Source: Selaginella moellendorffii (lineage: Eukaryota > Plantae > Lycopodiophyta). From it: a DNA stretch of 64,000 nt. Each line of letters opens with the position of its first letter. The first letter of the stretch is position 1. The notes under the pieces are model-generated. The model made no database searches, had not been told where the DNA came from, and was given only the letters and a program-made list of their open reading frames with translations. Positions 11,430 through 23,802 of the stretch are shown piece by piece. A program made the translations under genes and the position numbers. The DNA is taken from the NCBI RefSeq assembly GCF_000143415.4, contig NW_003314338.1, positions 124,001-188,000 of the forward strand, given 5' to 3'.

Positions 11430-14400
11430 GTCATATATTAAGACCCGAAGGTGTGCTGAAGGTAAGCTAATTAGCATGGGTTAAATATGTCAACCAAGTG
11501 TAGGGAACTACACCCGACTCCCCACAGGGATGTCAAATCTGTAGACGTATTCTACGGAGGTTGGGTTCAAGTCCCAACCCTCTAGTAAAGCAAGGCTAGG
11601 TTCATGTCCCAACCTGATACTAGGGCATGGTGAGGCGAGGTGTATAGGGACACTTATACTCCATTGTTGGTTATATCATCACCTACCACGGGGGTATAGC
11701 CTTCCTTGGTCACACTAGCCTTTCCTGGCTAAACTGATTTCACTAGAATCCTCCCCCCACAATACTTTTAGAGGTCACCAAACCCCTAGGTCTGGGAGAT
11801 GATCGCTTTGGGCTTTCACCCTCAAACTCGGACGGACTTGGACTTGGACTTAGACTTGGACTCACTCTCAGTCTTTATCTCACTCTTGGTCTCGCTCTCA
11901 GTCTCGCTCTCAGTCTTGGTCTCAATCTCAGTCTCAGTCTTAGATTTGGTCTCAATCTCAGTCTCCATCTAAGACTCCATCTCAGACTCCTTCTTAGACA
12001 TGGTCCTAACACTTCCATGTATCAGTCCTTCTTGTTATAAGCCACAACTTTTTCCTTTCCAATTTCTTAGCTTACCTCGTCTATCCGACCACCACAACCT
12101 TGGTCTTAGTTAAGTTCCTTCGCCAAGATTCTTACCTATTGTACCAACTTCTACTTGGTTTTACTTAGCTTTAACAACTCACTACATGAGCAATAAAGCA
12201 TTAGCCATCCATCCATAGATTCCTAAATTCTTTTCCAATCCCCCTCCTCGAGTTAGACTGGACTTAAGGTTTGGCTACACTCCCTACAAGCACAAGCAGC
12301 TAAACACACCAAGCCTCTAGGTTCCTAACATCCCTTGGTATAACAAGACTTGATCATGGCACCCTTTAAATCCCAAGCCCTTGGTGCAGCACTTGCTTCA
12401 GGACACTGAAGGGAAACACTATGGCCTAACAGCCTGGTACAGGTACCCCTTACTCCCCCACTTCCACCCCGAAGGGGAAGCCCAAGCCCCTAGGAAGGGC
12501 AAGGACCAATGAGCTGCAAGGTACTCAAGTGGGGCACCATTTCACATGAGCCAGAAGCACTGCAGTCAATTTCCCTTTCGGGAGTGGGAGTTGCTCTTAA
12601 GCACTTCTTTGGGAGGCCCCTCTGACACCACCCTAAACGCGAGCATCAACCTCAAGTCAATTTGGAAGTATCACTGGAGAGTTCCTTCAAAAATGGTTCC
12701 TATACCTCACTATCCATACTATACTTTTGAAACCACTTGCACCCCCCGCCCCCTCCCCCGCCAGGAGAGACACACTTTGGGCTTTCACCCCATGAGCTAT
12801 ATTAGTATTCGGACTCGGTCTCAAACTTGATCTCAGACTCAACCTCAGACTCAGTCTCAGTCTTGGACTCGATCTCGGAATCGATCTTGGACTTGGTCTC
12901 GGACTTGGTCTTGAACTCAGTCTCGGACTCGGTCTCGAACCCGGTCTCGGAGTTGGTCTTGAACTCGATCTTGAACTCAGTCTTGAACTCGATCTTAGAG
13001 TCGGTCTCGGACTCAATCTCAGACTCAGTCTCATCCAATGAACTCTTTATTATTTCGGTCGTGCTTTCAGGGATCCTTTAGCTTACAACACCTTGGGGAG
13101 CTGGTTCCTTACAACTCCACCACCTATAGAAGAAGTTAGATGCCCACAACAAACGTCTCTTTTTAATCCTATAACTTGTTGACCATGTCTTTAGAGGCAT
13201 CCCCCCACTTAGTGGTATGCCAACACTACTATTGTTACTTTAATCTCTAAAGAACTAGAACAAACTTAAAGATAAAAAGGGTTTTGTCTAAAAAGGTGAA
13301 ATAACCTTAGATACTCTCAGAAATTCTAAAATATACTGTAAAGATCAAGAATTTTTTATACAAGTTTGAACAAAGACTTATATTGACGATTGCCACCCAA
13401 TGGCAAAGAGGATAAAGAAAAATTTGCTTTGAAAAGAATATTTTGTTTAAATCGGAAATAAAGTCTTCTACAAATTAGCCATTATATGTTTAAAAAGTTA
13501 CTTGATGTCATTTCACAAACAAATTGATCCTTCCCTTTTTGCTCATGCCTAATATGGTTAAGATTAATTGAGTATAAAGTTTCTTGCATGTGATAGCCAA
13601 TTCTTGAGTAGCTTTCCTGTTTTATAGTGGGTCTTACCCTTTAGCTTATAACCAATCTTGCCCTTACAACTATGGAATTAAAAAGAATGGCCTATTGCTC
13701 TTAGCAAATTTTAGGCAAATCTCTTTTAAATGGATCAACACTAGAGACTAATTTGAATGGGGCGTGGAAACCATTCTGTAAAATTGCCCTATGGAATCAA
13801 TACAAGGGTCAAATTGTCTAAGGCATGATATATCCTTTTTTAGAGACTCATTCACTAATTACTTAGTGCTCATTCCTCGAGCACTTTGTTTGGGGTTCCA
13901 CTCTCACTCTTAACTTGCTTTTAGTCCAAATATGTTATGTTTGTTGGATTTCCACTTTGACCACCACTATGTGATACCTTTTCGGCTCCACTTTGGGGCT
14001 TAGGGATTTGTGTCTCACATGAGACTACTTGCTAAAGCATGATAGAAAGTGTAAAGTTACCTTTTTATTCTGAAGAAGAATAACCAAAGGGATTTGTAAA
14101 AAATATAAGTGTAAATGGTTAATAAGAATGTGTGAAATCAGAGTGGCACAATAGAAGTATGACCTTAAAGCTTGTCATGAGGTGAAATTATCAAGGTTGG
14201 GGAAATAATTCCCAAGTGTTCAAAACGATGGTTTTGAATGAAATTTGATAATTGAAGGTGTTGACTTTAGAAAAGGATGGCCTATGGGGCCAAGCATGGA
14301 GGAGTCTATTGAGAGTGACTAAATTTTCCATTCTACTTTAGTCATTTAACCACACTTTTGACCACTTAGAGGAGTTTCACTCACAACCTTTATAAGTCTT

Positions 14401-14755
14401 ATTCCTAACTTTGGGACATACTAGCCCCTTGAATGGCATCTATGCCACTCAATCTTTTCACTTGGTCCAAATGCTCCATATGTTGAATTTAGGACTTTGG
14501 GATGACATTTCAAACCAATGCAGCCCAATGTGAGCATTATAGGTACTCTCCCCACCTTCCACCTTTGTGTGCCCTAGCCATGTGGCTAGAGCAAAGTTCT
14601 AATAACCTATGCTAGGTATCTAAGTAGGTAGTGCCACCCACACTTGGATTTGGAGCATCAACTATTTGACCTCCCAAGGGAGCTAGAGTCGACTCTTAAA
14701 TACTTCACCAAGTTACCTTAAATGTTTGTCCATGTTCACTCTAGCCTTGGACTCA
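11430..14755. mobile_element. Mosaic of older, rearranged B-related LTR and internal fragments
   Basis: B internal T-loop module at ~11535-11622 (+). LTR core and arrays at 11660-12000 and 12715-13036 (-). PPT-adjacent end near 13110-13155. LTR end ...GTCTCACA at 14019. B internal piece at 14025-14318 (+). Deleted LTR at 14319-14755 (-). Confidence 0.75.
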
Positions 14756-15626
14756 AGTAACAAGTTCTATAGCTTTCCATTCCACTTTGTCTGGCAAAAG
14801 CTCAATTGTCATATATTCCAAATGTAAGCCACAATTGAATCATAACTCTTACTAGAGTAGTTGTATAATTTTCCCTATATGGAAAATATACTAGGTAGAA
14901 ATTTTCTCCTGTGAGGAGGAATACACACTTGTGGATCATGTCTCACAAAAGGTAGTCATATCTTGCAAAGTGTGTTTCATGCCTAAAGTGGTGAGTATTT
15001 TCCAAAGTAATTGTGTGTCTTTTAACTTGTTTGAAGGTAGATTTCACGCCTATTCATTTGTATTTGCTTTATGTCTATGCCTCATTTCAGAGGATATGGG
15101 GCACATTTCACATTATTGCCCTTGGTTCCTCCTTATAGAGCTTATGATGAGAGTGCTCTTAAAAGTTATAGAGGTGTGATGCTTTTCACACTAAGCAATT
15201 TTTGTAATTTCCAATTTTTAAGTAAGCTCTATATGTATAATAGATGAGCCTTGATTAATTCACTTAGGCGTACTAAGTATAAACCAATTTGTGATAACCG
15301 CTTCCAAATTTTCAACTTATGAGTCTTGTTTAAGTCTTATAGTCTCTTGCAATATGTATAAGAGACTTAAACTCAAGACAAATCTACTCTCAAATTGTGT
15401 TTGAGTAATTGTCCAAGTAAAGGACCTTGGATCAAAGCCTTGAAACAACACAATGTTTTAATTGTGATTTTGCCTCTGTCAAAGCCTCATAAGATTTGGG
15501 TGAATAATTCCTCAATTTGTTCTTTACTAATACTAACTTTAGCTCTCTTTAAGTTAAAGTAAAAAACAAGAGTTACAGGTGCATAATGTTTCTATTTATG
15601 TATGCTTAGAAAAATTGTAACACGCT

Positions 15627-18600
15627 TGTAAGCGACTAAATTTTCTATTCTACTTTAGTCACTTAACCACACCTTTGACCATTTGAAGGAGTCTTACTCA
15701 CAACCTCCATAAGTCCTATTCCAGACTTGGGGCTTGTTATCCCCAAGAATGGCATCTTTGCCACTCAACCTTTGCACTTGGTCCTAGTGCTCCACATGTC
15801 CGACCCCATGGTCGATACCCCAAGGTACCATCGACATATCAACCTATTATACTAAGGCCATACTCATTCACCTTGGTCACACCGATGGTCCAATACCACT
15901 TGCATCACAGTCCCATCTTTCAAAGAATGGGCCATCCGTCCATGAGTGATCATCCTAGATCCACTCCTTAACATCTTTAGGATGCCCACAAATATGGGGA
16001 ATAACCTTCCCCAATATCTCTTTTTCAATCCCCACCAAGTCCCTTTCTGTCTATAGCCGTGTTCGCCAACACTACCATTGGGACAAGGCCCACAGGCCCA
16101 ACCACTTAGTCTCACTGTCCTTTGGGACTTCCTCACCAAATGACTGTATCCTTGGTCACTACACCAGAGGACCACTCCTCTTCCTTTCCATAGTCTGGGA
16201 CTTTGGGACAACATTTCGAAACACCATAGCCCTAGGCGAACCTTATAGGTACTCTCCCCACCTTCCACCTTTGGATGCTCTAGCCATGGGCTTAGAGCGA
16301 GGCTCCGTTAAACCACAGCAAGTATCCAAGTAGGTAGTGCCACCCACACTTGGACTAGGAGCATCGACCATTCGATCTCCTAGGGGAACTAAAGCTAGCT
16401 TTTAAACACTTCACCGAACTACCCTACTTGTTAGTCCGTATTCACTTTAGGCTTGGACTTCCCAATGGTTATTTCATCACCCAACAACTGGGTATGGCCT
16501 TCTTAGGCCAAACTAGCCCTTTCTGGCCAAACTAGCTCCACTGGGGTCTAACCCCCACGCTCTCCCTACTATATTTGAGCATTTCATTAGGAGTTCCACT
16601 CCTGCTCTTAACTTTTCAAGTTGGAGCTTTTAGTTGAAATGTGTTATGCTCATTTTGCTTTCACTTCGGCCACTACCATGTGGCACACTTTCGGCTCCAC
16701 TTTGGGGCTTAGGGATTTGTGTCTCACAATTCCACCACCTATAGACAAAGTTTGATGTCCTCATCAAACGATAAACTATTTTATAAAGTAATACTAGCAT
16801 GTATTACCCTTTCCATCCTTAGCATCTAGCTAATATTCGTCAATGGTTTGACACTGAAGGTTCACCATGCCTTGTCCATCCTCTAAGGAGCATAGTCTCT
16901 CCAACTTAGAGACTCATTCGACCGTTTGTGGTGGTTCTCCTTTTTTTATTGGTTTAGTTCTCGCTAAGCCTGTTAGAGACACCTTTTCTATCTCAATTCC
17001 ACTACTCATTCTCGAGTAGTCTTAGTTTCCATTGATATAGCTTTTGCACTTTTGCACTTTTGCACCTTGCATTGCACATATTGTGCAAGTTCACTTCCCT
17101 ATCCTAGGAAGTTCTCTACTTGAGGGCACCATCATCCTCTTTTCTTTTTTTTTTTTTTTTGCCACCCTTGGCACTACATTCCAATTATTATCATTTGTGC
17201 TAAGGCTGTCCACGGCCCTATCCTTTGGCTACTTTGCCGCTCCTCACTTGGAGCTTTTACTTCGCCAAATTGGAGCACTTGGGAATCTATTCCTTGGAAG
17301 TCCACTTCCTTTCCCGCAATCCATTAGCATCAAACAGATTTGTATTCTNNNNNNNNNNNNNNNNNNNNNNNNNNNNNNNNNNNNNNNNNNNNNNNNNNNN
17401 NNNNNNNNNNNNNNNNNNNNNNNNNNNNNNNNNNNNNNNNNNNNNNNNTTTCCTTGGATTTACTATGCCATAGCATTGACATAGCTCATAGACCTTAGTT
17501 GTTCTTCCCACTTGGTCACCTCGACCAAGCCACACCTTTATCAATAGTTCAAATCAACACTTTGAACTAGGAATCATATTCCTTAACCCAAACAAAGACT
17601 TTGTTCTTGTTTAGCCACAAGATCACCTAGTGATCTCATAATAGGCCTATCAATAGGAACTAGGTCTTCCAGACCCTTCTAAGTTGTTGACTATGACCCC
17701 AGGGCCATCCCCCACACTTGGCGGTGCGCCCAAGCCAACCCTGCCGGCCAAGGATCCATAACAACTGAGACTTGGGTGTCCCCATCTCATTCACCACGTC
17801 CTTGGTGCCCTTTGCACCAAAGTGTTCAAGTTAAATATGCCGAGATTTCACTCTAAGCAATCTAACCGTGCATCACGACTTTGAGGCATCCCTCGCTTGG
17901 CGGTGTGCCCAAACCAGTCTCCTCACTGAGAGTCCATGACCACCGAAATATGAGTGTCCTCATATCCCAATCCATCACCACCCCCTAGTGATTTAGGACT
18001 TGAACCCAAGCACTAGAGGGTCGGGACTTGAACCCAACCTCCGTATATGCATCTACGGACGGCATCACCTTAGATGCCTAGCGTGACTCCCCACGCCGGT
18101 GCACCAATTTATACTTAAAGCGCACTACAGATCACAGCTTAGGAACCTAGTTCCTCCACCCTGCCAAGTCCTCTCACTTGACAAGTTCGTGATCATGCAT
18201 GGACTCCTCCATGCTTGGCCCCATGGCCCACCCTTTTTGAAGTAATCACCTTCAACTAGGGTATTTGTTAACCCAACTTGCCAATCTCGCTTGGCAAGTC
18301 CTCCGACAACTGTAACATGGGTTCCGCATAAGCGTGAAAGTCCTTGACCATTGACTTTCATTCAAAGCCCTCTCTTTGAACACTCAAGAATTACTTCCCT
18401 CACCTTGATACCTTTGCCTCATGGCAAGCTTCAAGACCACGCTTCTGCTGCGCCATTCTGATTTCGTGCGTTCCATGAACCATTTACACTTGGCCTTTGT
18501 AGGTACTAAGCTACCTAGAATCATCTTTGGGAACCTTGAAGGAACTCTGTCCCTTAACTTGCTAAGACCTCCTTTTTCACAAGCTTTATAGTTGCCATAT

Positions 18601-19489
18601 AGTTTAACATGGACAATTCCATATTTTAGACTCTCCATAGCATCACGGTTGCTAGCAACAACATCCTCGAGCACCCTCTTGATTCTCCACTCCCAACTTG
18701 CATAACCACTATTGGATATGCCCTTTGATTTCTATGGTTCAGTTCCATCCCAATACTACTTGCCTTTTGGCCCCCTATGTTTCCTTTGGTTATTCTCCTC
18801 CAAACTAGGAGGATATCTTTGCACATTTTACTATGCCTTAGCAAGTATGTTTGGGGATGAACCTACCCGATAGCCTAGGGAGTGGTTCCTCAATCTTGGG
18901 CATGCTCACCTTATAATCCCACACACCGGGATTAATGTTGCTGCTTATGGGCCTTTACATGCCCATCATTAGCCTTGCCAAAATTCCATTTTTGGCTTTG
19001 TCCAATTCGGGTAGACAGTCTTCTCTTGTCTCCACAACCTTGGACATTTAGATAGCACCTTCTATCCATCATTCGCTAGGGGCTTAGTCCCTTGGGCCTT
19101 ATCTATTGCCCTTGCGACACGAAACACCACCTCCTGGTGTTCTAGAGTGTTTGGGTGTCCCAATGATGGCCTTTGACTCCACCTCGGACTCCATCTCGGA
19201 CTCCGTCTCGGTCCATCTCGGACTCCAACTTGGGTCCATCTCGGACTCCATCTCGGACACTTCCACGTGTCATGTTTTGGTCCTTTTGGGTCCCTTCTTG
19301 GAGTCTCGCTTATTGCTTGCTTCGTGCTTGTTCCTTGAGCCCTTTGTTGGGAGTTCCACTCCCGCTCTCGACCTTTCAAGTTAGAGCTTTTAGTCCAAAC
19401 GTGTTATGCTCATTTGGCTTTCGCTTCGGCCACTACCACGTGGCACCCTTCCGGCTCCACTTTGCGGCCTAGGGATTTTGTGTCTCACA
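15627..19489 (-). mobile_element. Family B element B3, internally deleted
   Basis: 3' LTR at 15627-16728 (array deleted), adjacent PPT (ATTCCACCACCTAT on +), interior homologous to B1/B2, and 5' LTR remnant at ~19171-19489. PBS region lost; no matching TSD. Confidence 0.85.
17349..17448. other. Assembly gap (100 N)
   Basis: Run of N in the sequence. Confidence 1.
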
Positions 19490-19560
19490 TTCAACTCCTT
19501 TATCATTGATATGCACACGAAGGATTTATTGAGGGATGCCTCTATACATTTGAAGGGTGA
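19490..19560 (+). pseudogene. 71-bp fragment of C-family chromovirus pol between two B LTRs
   Basis: TTCAACTCCTTTATCATTGAT...TTTGAAGGGTGA aligns colinearly with 32495-32565. Confidence 0.85.
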
Positions 19561-19631
19561 TGTGAGACACAAAATCCCTAGGCCCCAAAGTGGAGCCGAA
19601 AGGGTGCTATGTGGTAGTGGCCGAAGCGAAA

Positions 19632-20030
19632 GTGGAGTCCGAGGTGGAGTCTGAGATGGAGTTTGAGATGGAGTCTGAAGTAGAGTCTGAGGTGGAGTCC
19701 AAGATGGACCGAGATGGAGTCCGAGATGGACCCGAGATGGAGTCTGAGATGGAGTCTAAGATGGACCCGAGATGGAGTCCGAGATGGACCGAGATGGAGT
19801 TCAAGATGGACCCGAGATGGAATCCGAGATGGAGTCCGAGATGGAACCGAGGTGGAGTCTGTGATGGACCCGAGATGGAGTCCGAAGTCGAGACCTAGAC
19901 AGAGACCGAGACCGGGACCGAGACCGAGACCGAGGCTGACGCCAAGACCAAGCCCAAGTCCAAGTCCGAGTTCAAGTCCGAGTCCGAATCCGAGTTTGAG
20001 TCCGAGTCCGAGTTCGAGTCCGAGTTCAGG
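19632..20030 (+). repeat. B-LTR tandem array: 11-12-mers GAGATGGAGTCC/GAGATGGACCC, then 6-mers GAGACC/GAGTCC
   Basis: Visible directly. Other copies at ~25500-25855, 26845-27140, 34875-35371, 38535-39115, 44500-44612 and 49895-50482. Confidence 0.95.
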
Positions 20031-22751
20031 TCTGAGAGGGTGAAAGCCCAAAGCGTTCGTCTCCCAGACCCTGGGGGGTTTGGTGAGCTCCAAAAGTATA
20101 GTGAGGGGGAGCACTACAGTGGGGCCAGTTTGGCCAGGAAAGGCCAGTTTGGCCCAGGAAGGCCAGACCCAGTGTTGGGTGATGAACTGACCACTGGGAA
20201 GTCCAAGACTAGAGTGAATACGGACTGACAAGCGGGGTAGCTTGGTGAAGTGTTCAAGAGCTGGCTCTAGTTCCCACGGGAGATCGACTGGCAGATGCTC
20301 CCAGTCCAAGTGTGGGTGGCACTACCTACTTGAATACCAGGCGTGGCTCAACGAAACCTCGCTCTAAGCCCATAGCTAGAGCACCTAAAGGCGGAAGGTG
20401 GGGAGAGTACCCACGGGGCTCACGTAGGCCCACGGTGTTCCGAAATGTTGTCCCGAAGTCCCAAATGGGTGTAAGGAGGAGGAGCAGTCCTCTAGTGTAG
20501 TGACTACGGATACGGTCACATGGTGAGGAAGTCCCAGAGGACAATGGGACTTAGTGGCCGGGCCTGCGGGCCTTGATCTAGTGGCAGTGTTGGTGAACAT
20601 GGCCATGGATGAAAAAGGGACTTGGCAGGAACTGATAAAGGGATGTTGGGGAAGGCTATTCCCCATGTTTATAGACATCCTAAGGATGCTAAGGAGTGGA
20701 TCTGGGATGACCACTCGTGGACGGACGGCCCAGTCTTGGAGAGACGGGATTGTGATGCAAGTGGTATTGGACCACCAGTGCGGCAAAGGTGTATGGGCAT
20801 GGCCTTAGCGTAACAAGCCAATATGTCAGTGGTACCTTTGGGTGTCGGTCTTGGGACTGGACACATGGAGCATTTGGACCAAGTGAAAGAGTTGAGTGGC
20901 ATGGATGCCATTCTCGAGACTAGCAAGTCCCAAGTCCTGAATTGGACTTAAGGAGGTTGTGAATGAGACTCCTCTAAGTGGTCAGAGGTGTGGTTAAGTG
21001 ACTAAAGTAGAATGGAAAATTTAGTCGCTTACAATTTGGTATCAGAGCTATTCCTTAGTCCGACTCTTATTGGTGGCCAAGTATATCACCACTTGTATTG
21101 GAATTGGAAGGTCCTAGATATGGACCTATCCTCGAGGAGTAGCATGTTGAGAGGACATGGCTTTCCGTTCAAGTTCATGTGTGAACTTGTGCGCGATGTG
21201 GTGGATGGAAAAGGGCCAGTAAGGGAACGACTTCGGGATCTTGGGAATGGTACAAGGTTTCCCTCAAAGAGTTGAGGATGTGATCCGGATGAGGGTTTGA
21301 CTCATCAAACTAGCTAGGTAGTTGTGGTAAACAACTATAGTTGGGATCACGGGAAAGATGCAGACTCCAAAACAATAAAGGAGTCACAAGATAATCCGCA
21401 CATAGTTGAGGCTGATGCTCATGAATTTGAGATCGGAATTGATGACCATGAGAGGTCAAGTACGGATGAGGGCAAGAGCCCTGGAAATGGTAGCTGGGGC
21501 TACCTTTTATAAATGCTATAACGAACCCAAGGAGTTGGGGGTGTGCTCAAAGGATGAGTTGGCATTCTCATCATAGGGACAAATAGTCTTAAGGGGCAAA
21601 GGCAACCCACAGAGAACGGGAAATAATGAAGTGTTGGAGTAACACTTGCAAGATGGTCCTTATGAGTAGGACATGAATACATGAAGTTGTATTCGAGTGA
21701 GTTGGCACCTCAAAAATAGAACCTTATGGGTCGTTGGTTTAGCGAAGTCTAAAAATGCTGGATGACTCAAGTAGGGTCAGGGAATGGTCCTAAGGGATTG
21801 GTTGAAGCATTTAGACTGAGGTGTATAGTGCCCCATGAGGTATGGGGAGGATCATAAAATCCAAGTATGAGAACAGAAGATATCTCATTGATGGCAAAAT
21901 GTGCCATACTAAAGTTGTGGGAAAGATGTTCCCAAAAGAAAGCAACTTTGGCCCAGAGTTGGGGACAAACATTATGGTGTGGTGCTAACGGATAGTTAGC
22001 AGGAGGCACAACTATATTGGTCTTGGCAAAGACCTAAACGCTAATAAGTAGTGTCATAAGGATAGGCCCGTGGGGCCAATGGTGTGGAGACACCAAATGT
22101 GCCAAGGTGTGATACCTTGAGGTTATGTTGATGGGTTCATAAGAACCCCTTGCCAAGGGAATCCCAACGGAAATGGGAATGGCATAGCCTAAGCTGGAAG
22201 GCATGTGGTAGAGTGTGGTGACCAAAACAATGATGGAGGTGTGGAAGCACTAAGCAATGAGTTGTAGGATTTCACAACTATGAGGCAACTAAGCAAAAGG
22301 TGCAAGATAATTGGTTAAACTGGTAGAAGGTAGCTACCCAAGACTTCTTAATGGCATAAGGAAGTTAGATATACCCTTACGAGGGATAAATTGCTTATGT
22401 TGTGATATAGTAAGTCAATGTCATAAAAGGGAATGCTCATTGTCAAACAGGCTATCATTTGGGACACCAAAACACTCTAGGACACCAGGAGGTGGTGTTT
22501 TATGTCGCGAGGGCAATAGATAAGGCCCAAGGGACTAAGTCCCTAGTGAATGATGGATAGAAGGTGCTATCCAAATGTCCAAGGTTGTGGAGACGGGAGA
22601 AGACTGTCTACCCAAATTGAACAAAGCCAAAAATGGAATTTTGGCAAGGCTAGTGATAGGCATATAAAGGCCCATAAGCACCAACGTTAATCTCGGTGTG
22701 TGGGATTATAAGGTGAGCACACCTAGATTGAGGAACCACTCCCTAGGCTAT

Positions 22752-22913
22752 TGTAGCGCACCTTATCTCTCTCCCCTTAAGCCAACTGGAAAAGGGGCAA
22801 TTGCTTGATGAGAGAGCCCTTAGTGGCTATTTTATCCCCATTTATCCCCCAAGGTTCCAAGGATCCACGGTGACAGTATATCCAAATCTCATCCCATGAT
22901 CACATGCGATACA
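22752..22913. mobile_element. 162-bp mini solo LTR (TRIM-like) inserted in B1
   Basis: Absent at the homologous site of B2 (~47180) and B3 (~18870). Termini TGTAGCGCA...TGCGATACA form an 8/9 inverted repeat. TSD GCTAT/ACTAT. Confidence 0.85.
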
Positions 22914-23725
22914 ACTATCGAGTAGGTTCATCTCTAAGAATACTTGCTAAGGCATGATAGAAAGTGCAAAGCTATCCTCCTAGTCTAGAGGAGAATGACT
23001 AAAAGAAAGGTGTGAAGCCATAAGCAAGTAGTAAGGGGATAGAACCAAACCATAGAAATCAAAGGGCATAACCAAGGGTGGTTATGCCAGTTGGGAGTGG
23101 AGAATCAAGTGGGGGCTTGAGGGTGTTATTGCTAGCAACCATGATGCCATGGAGAGTCTGAAATATGGAATTGTCCATATTAGACTATATGGCAATTAGA
23201 AAGCTTGCGAAAAGGAAAGCCTTAGCAAAATAAGGGACAGAGTTCCTTCAAGGTTCCCAAAGACGATTCTAGGTAGCTCAGTACCTAGAAAGGCCAAGTG
23301 TAAATAGTTCATGTAACGCGCGAAATCAGAGTGGCACAGCAGAAGTGTGGTCCTGAAGCTTGCCATGAGGCAAGGCTATCAAGGTTAGGGAAGTAATTCC
23401 CGAGTGTTCAAAGAGAGGGCTTTGAACGAAAGTTGATGGTCAAGGACTTTCACGCTTGTGCAGGAACCATGTTACAATGGTCGGAGGACTTGCCAAGCGA
23501 GATTGGCAAGTCAGGGGAACGAATACCCTAGTTGCAGGAGCCAACTTCAAAGGGGTGGCCAATGGGGCTGAGCATGGAGGAGTCCATGCAGGATCACAAC
23601 ATGCCAAGTGAAAGGACTTGGTAGTGCGGAGGAACTAGGTTCCTAAGCTATGATCTGTAGCACACTTTAAGTACATGTTGGTGCACCAGTGTGGGGAGTC
23701 ACACCAGGCATCCAGTGTAATGCCA

Positions 23726-23802
23726 TCCGTAGATGCATATACGGAGGTTGGGTTCGAGTCCCAACCCTCTAGTGCTTGGGTTCGAGTCCCAAATCACTAG
23801 GG
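23726..23802 (+). other. Structured module in B interior: hairpin plus two tRNA T-arm/B-box-like hairpins
   Basis: TCCGTA-GATGCATA-TACGGA; GGTTGGG-TTCGAGT-CCCAACC; CTAGTG-C-TTGGG-TTCGAGT-CCCAA-AT-CACTAG. Present in four copies. Confidence 0.6.

Noticed and set aside
19632-20030. Possible CRISPR array
   Set aside because: Contiguous short units with no unique spacers and no cas genes, in a eukaryotic LTR context.
23746-23793. tRNA genes
   Set aside because: Only T-arm-like hairpins; no acceptor, D or anticodon arms.
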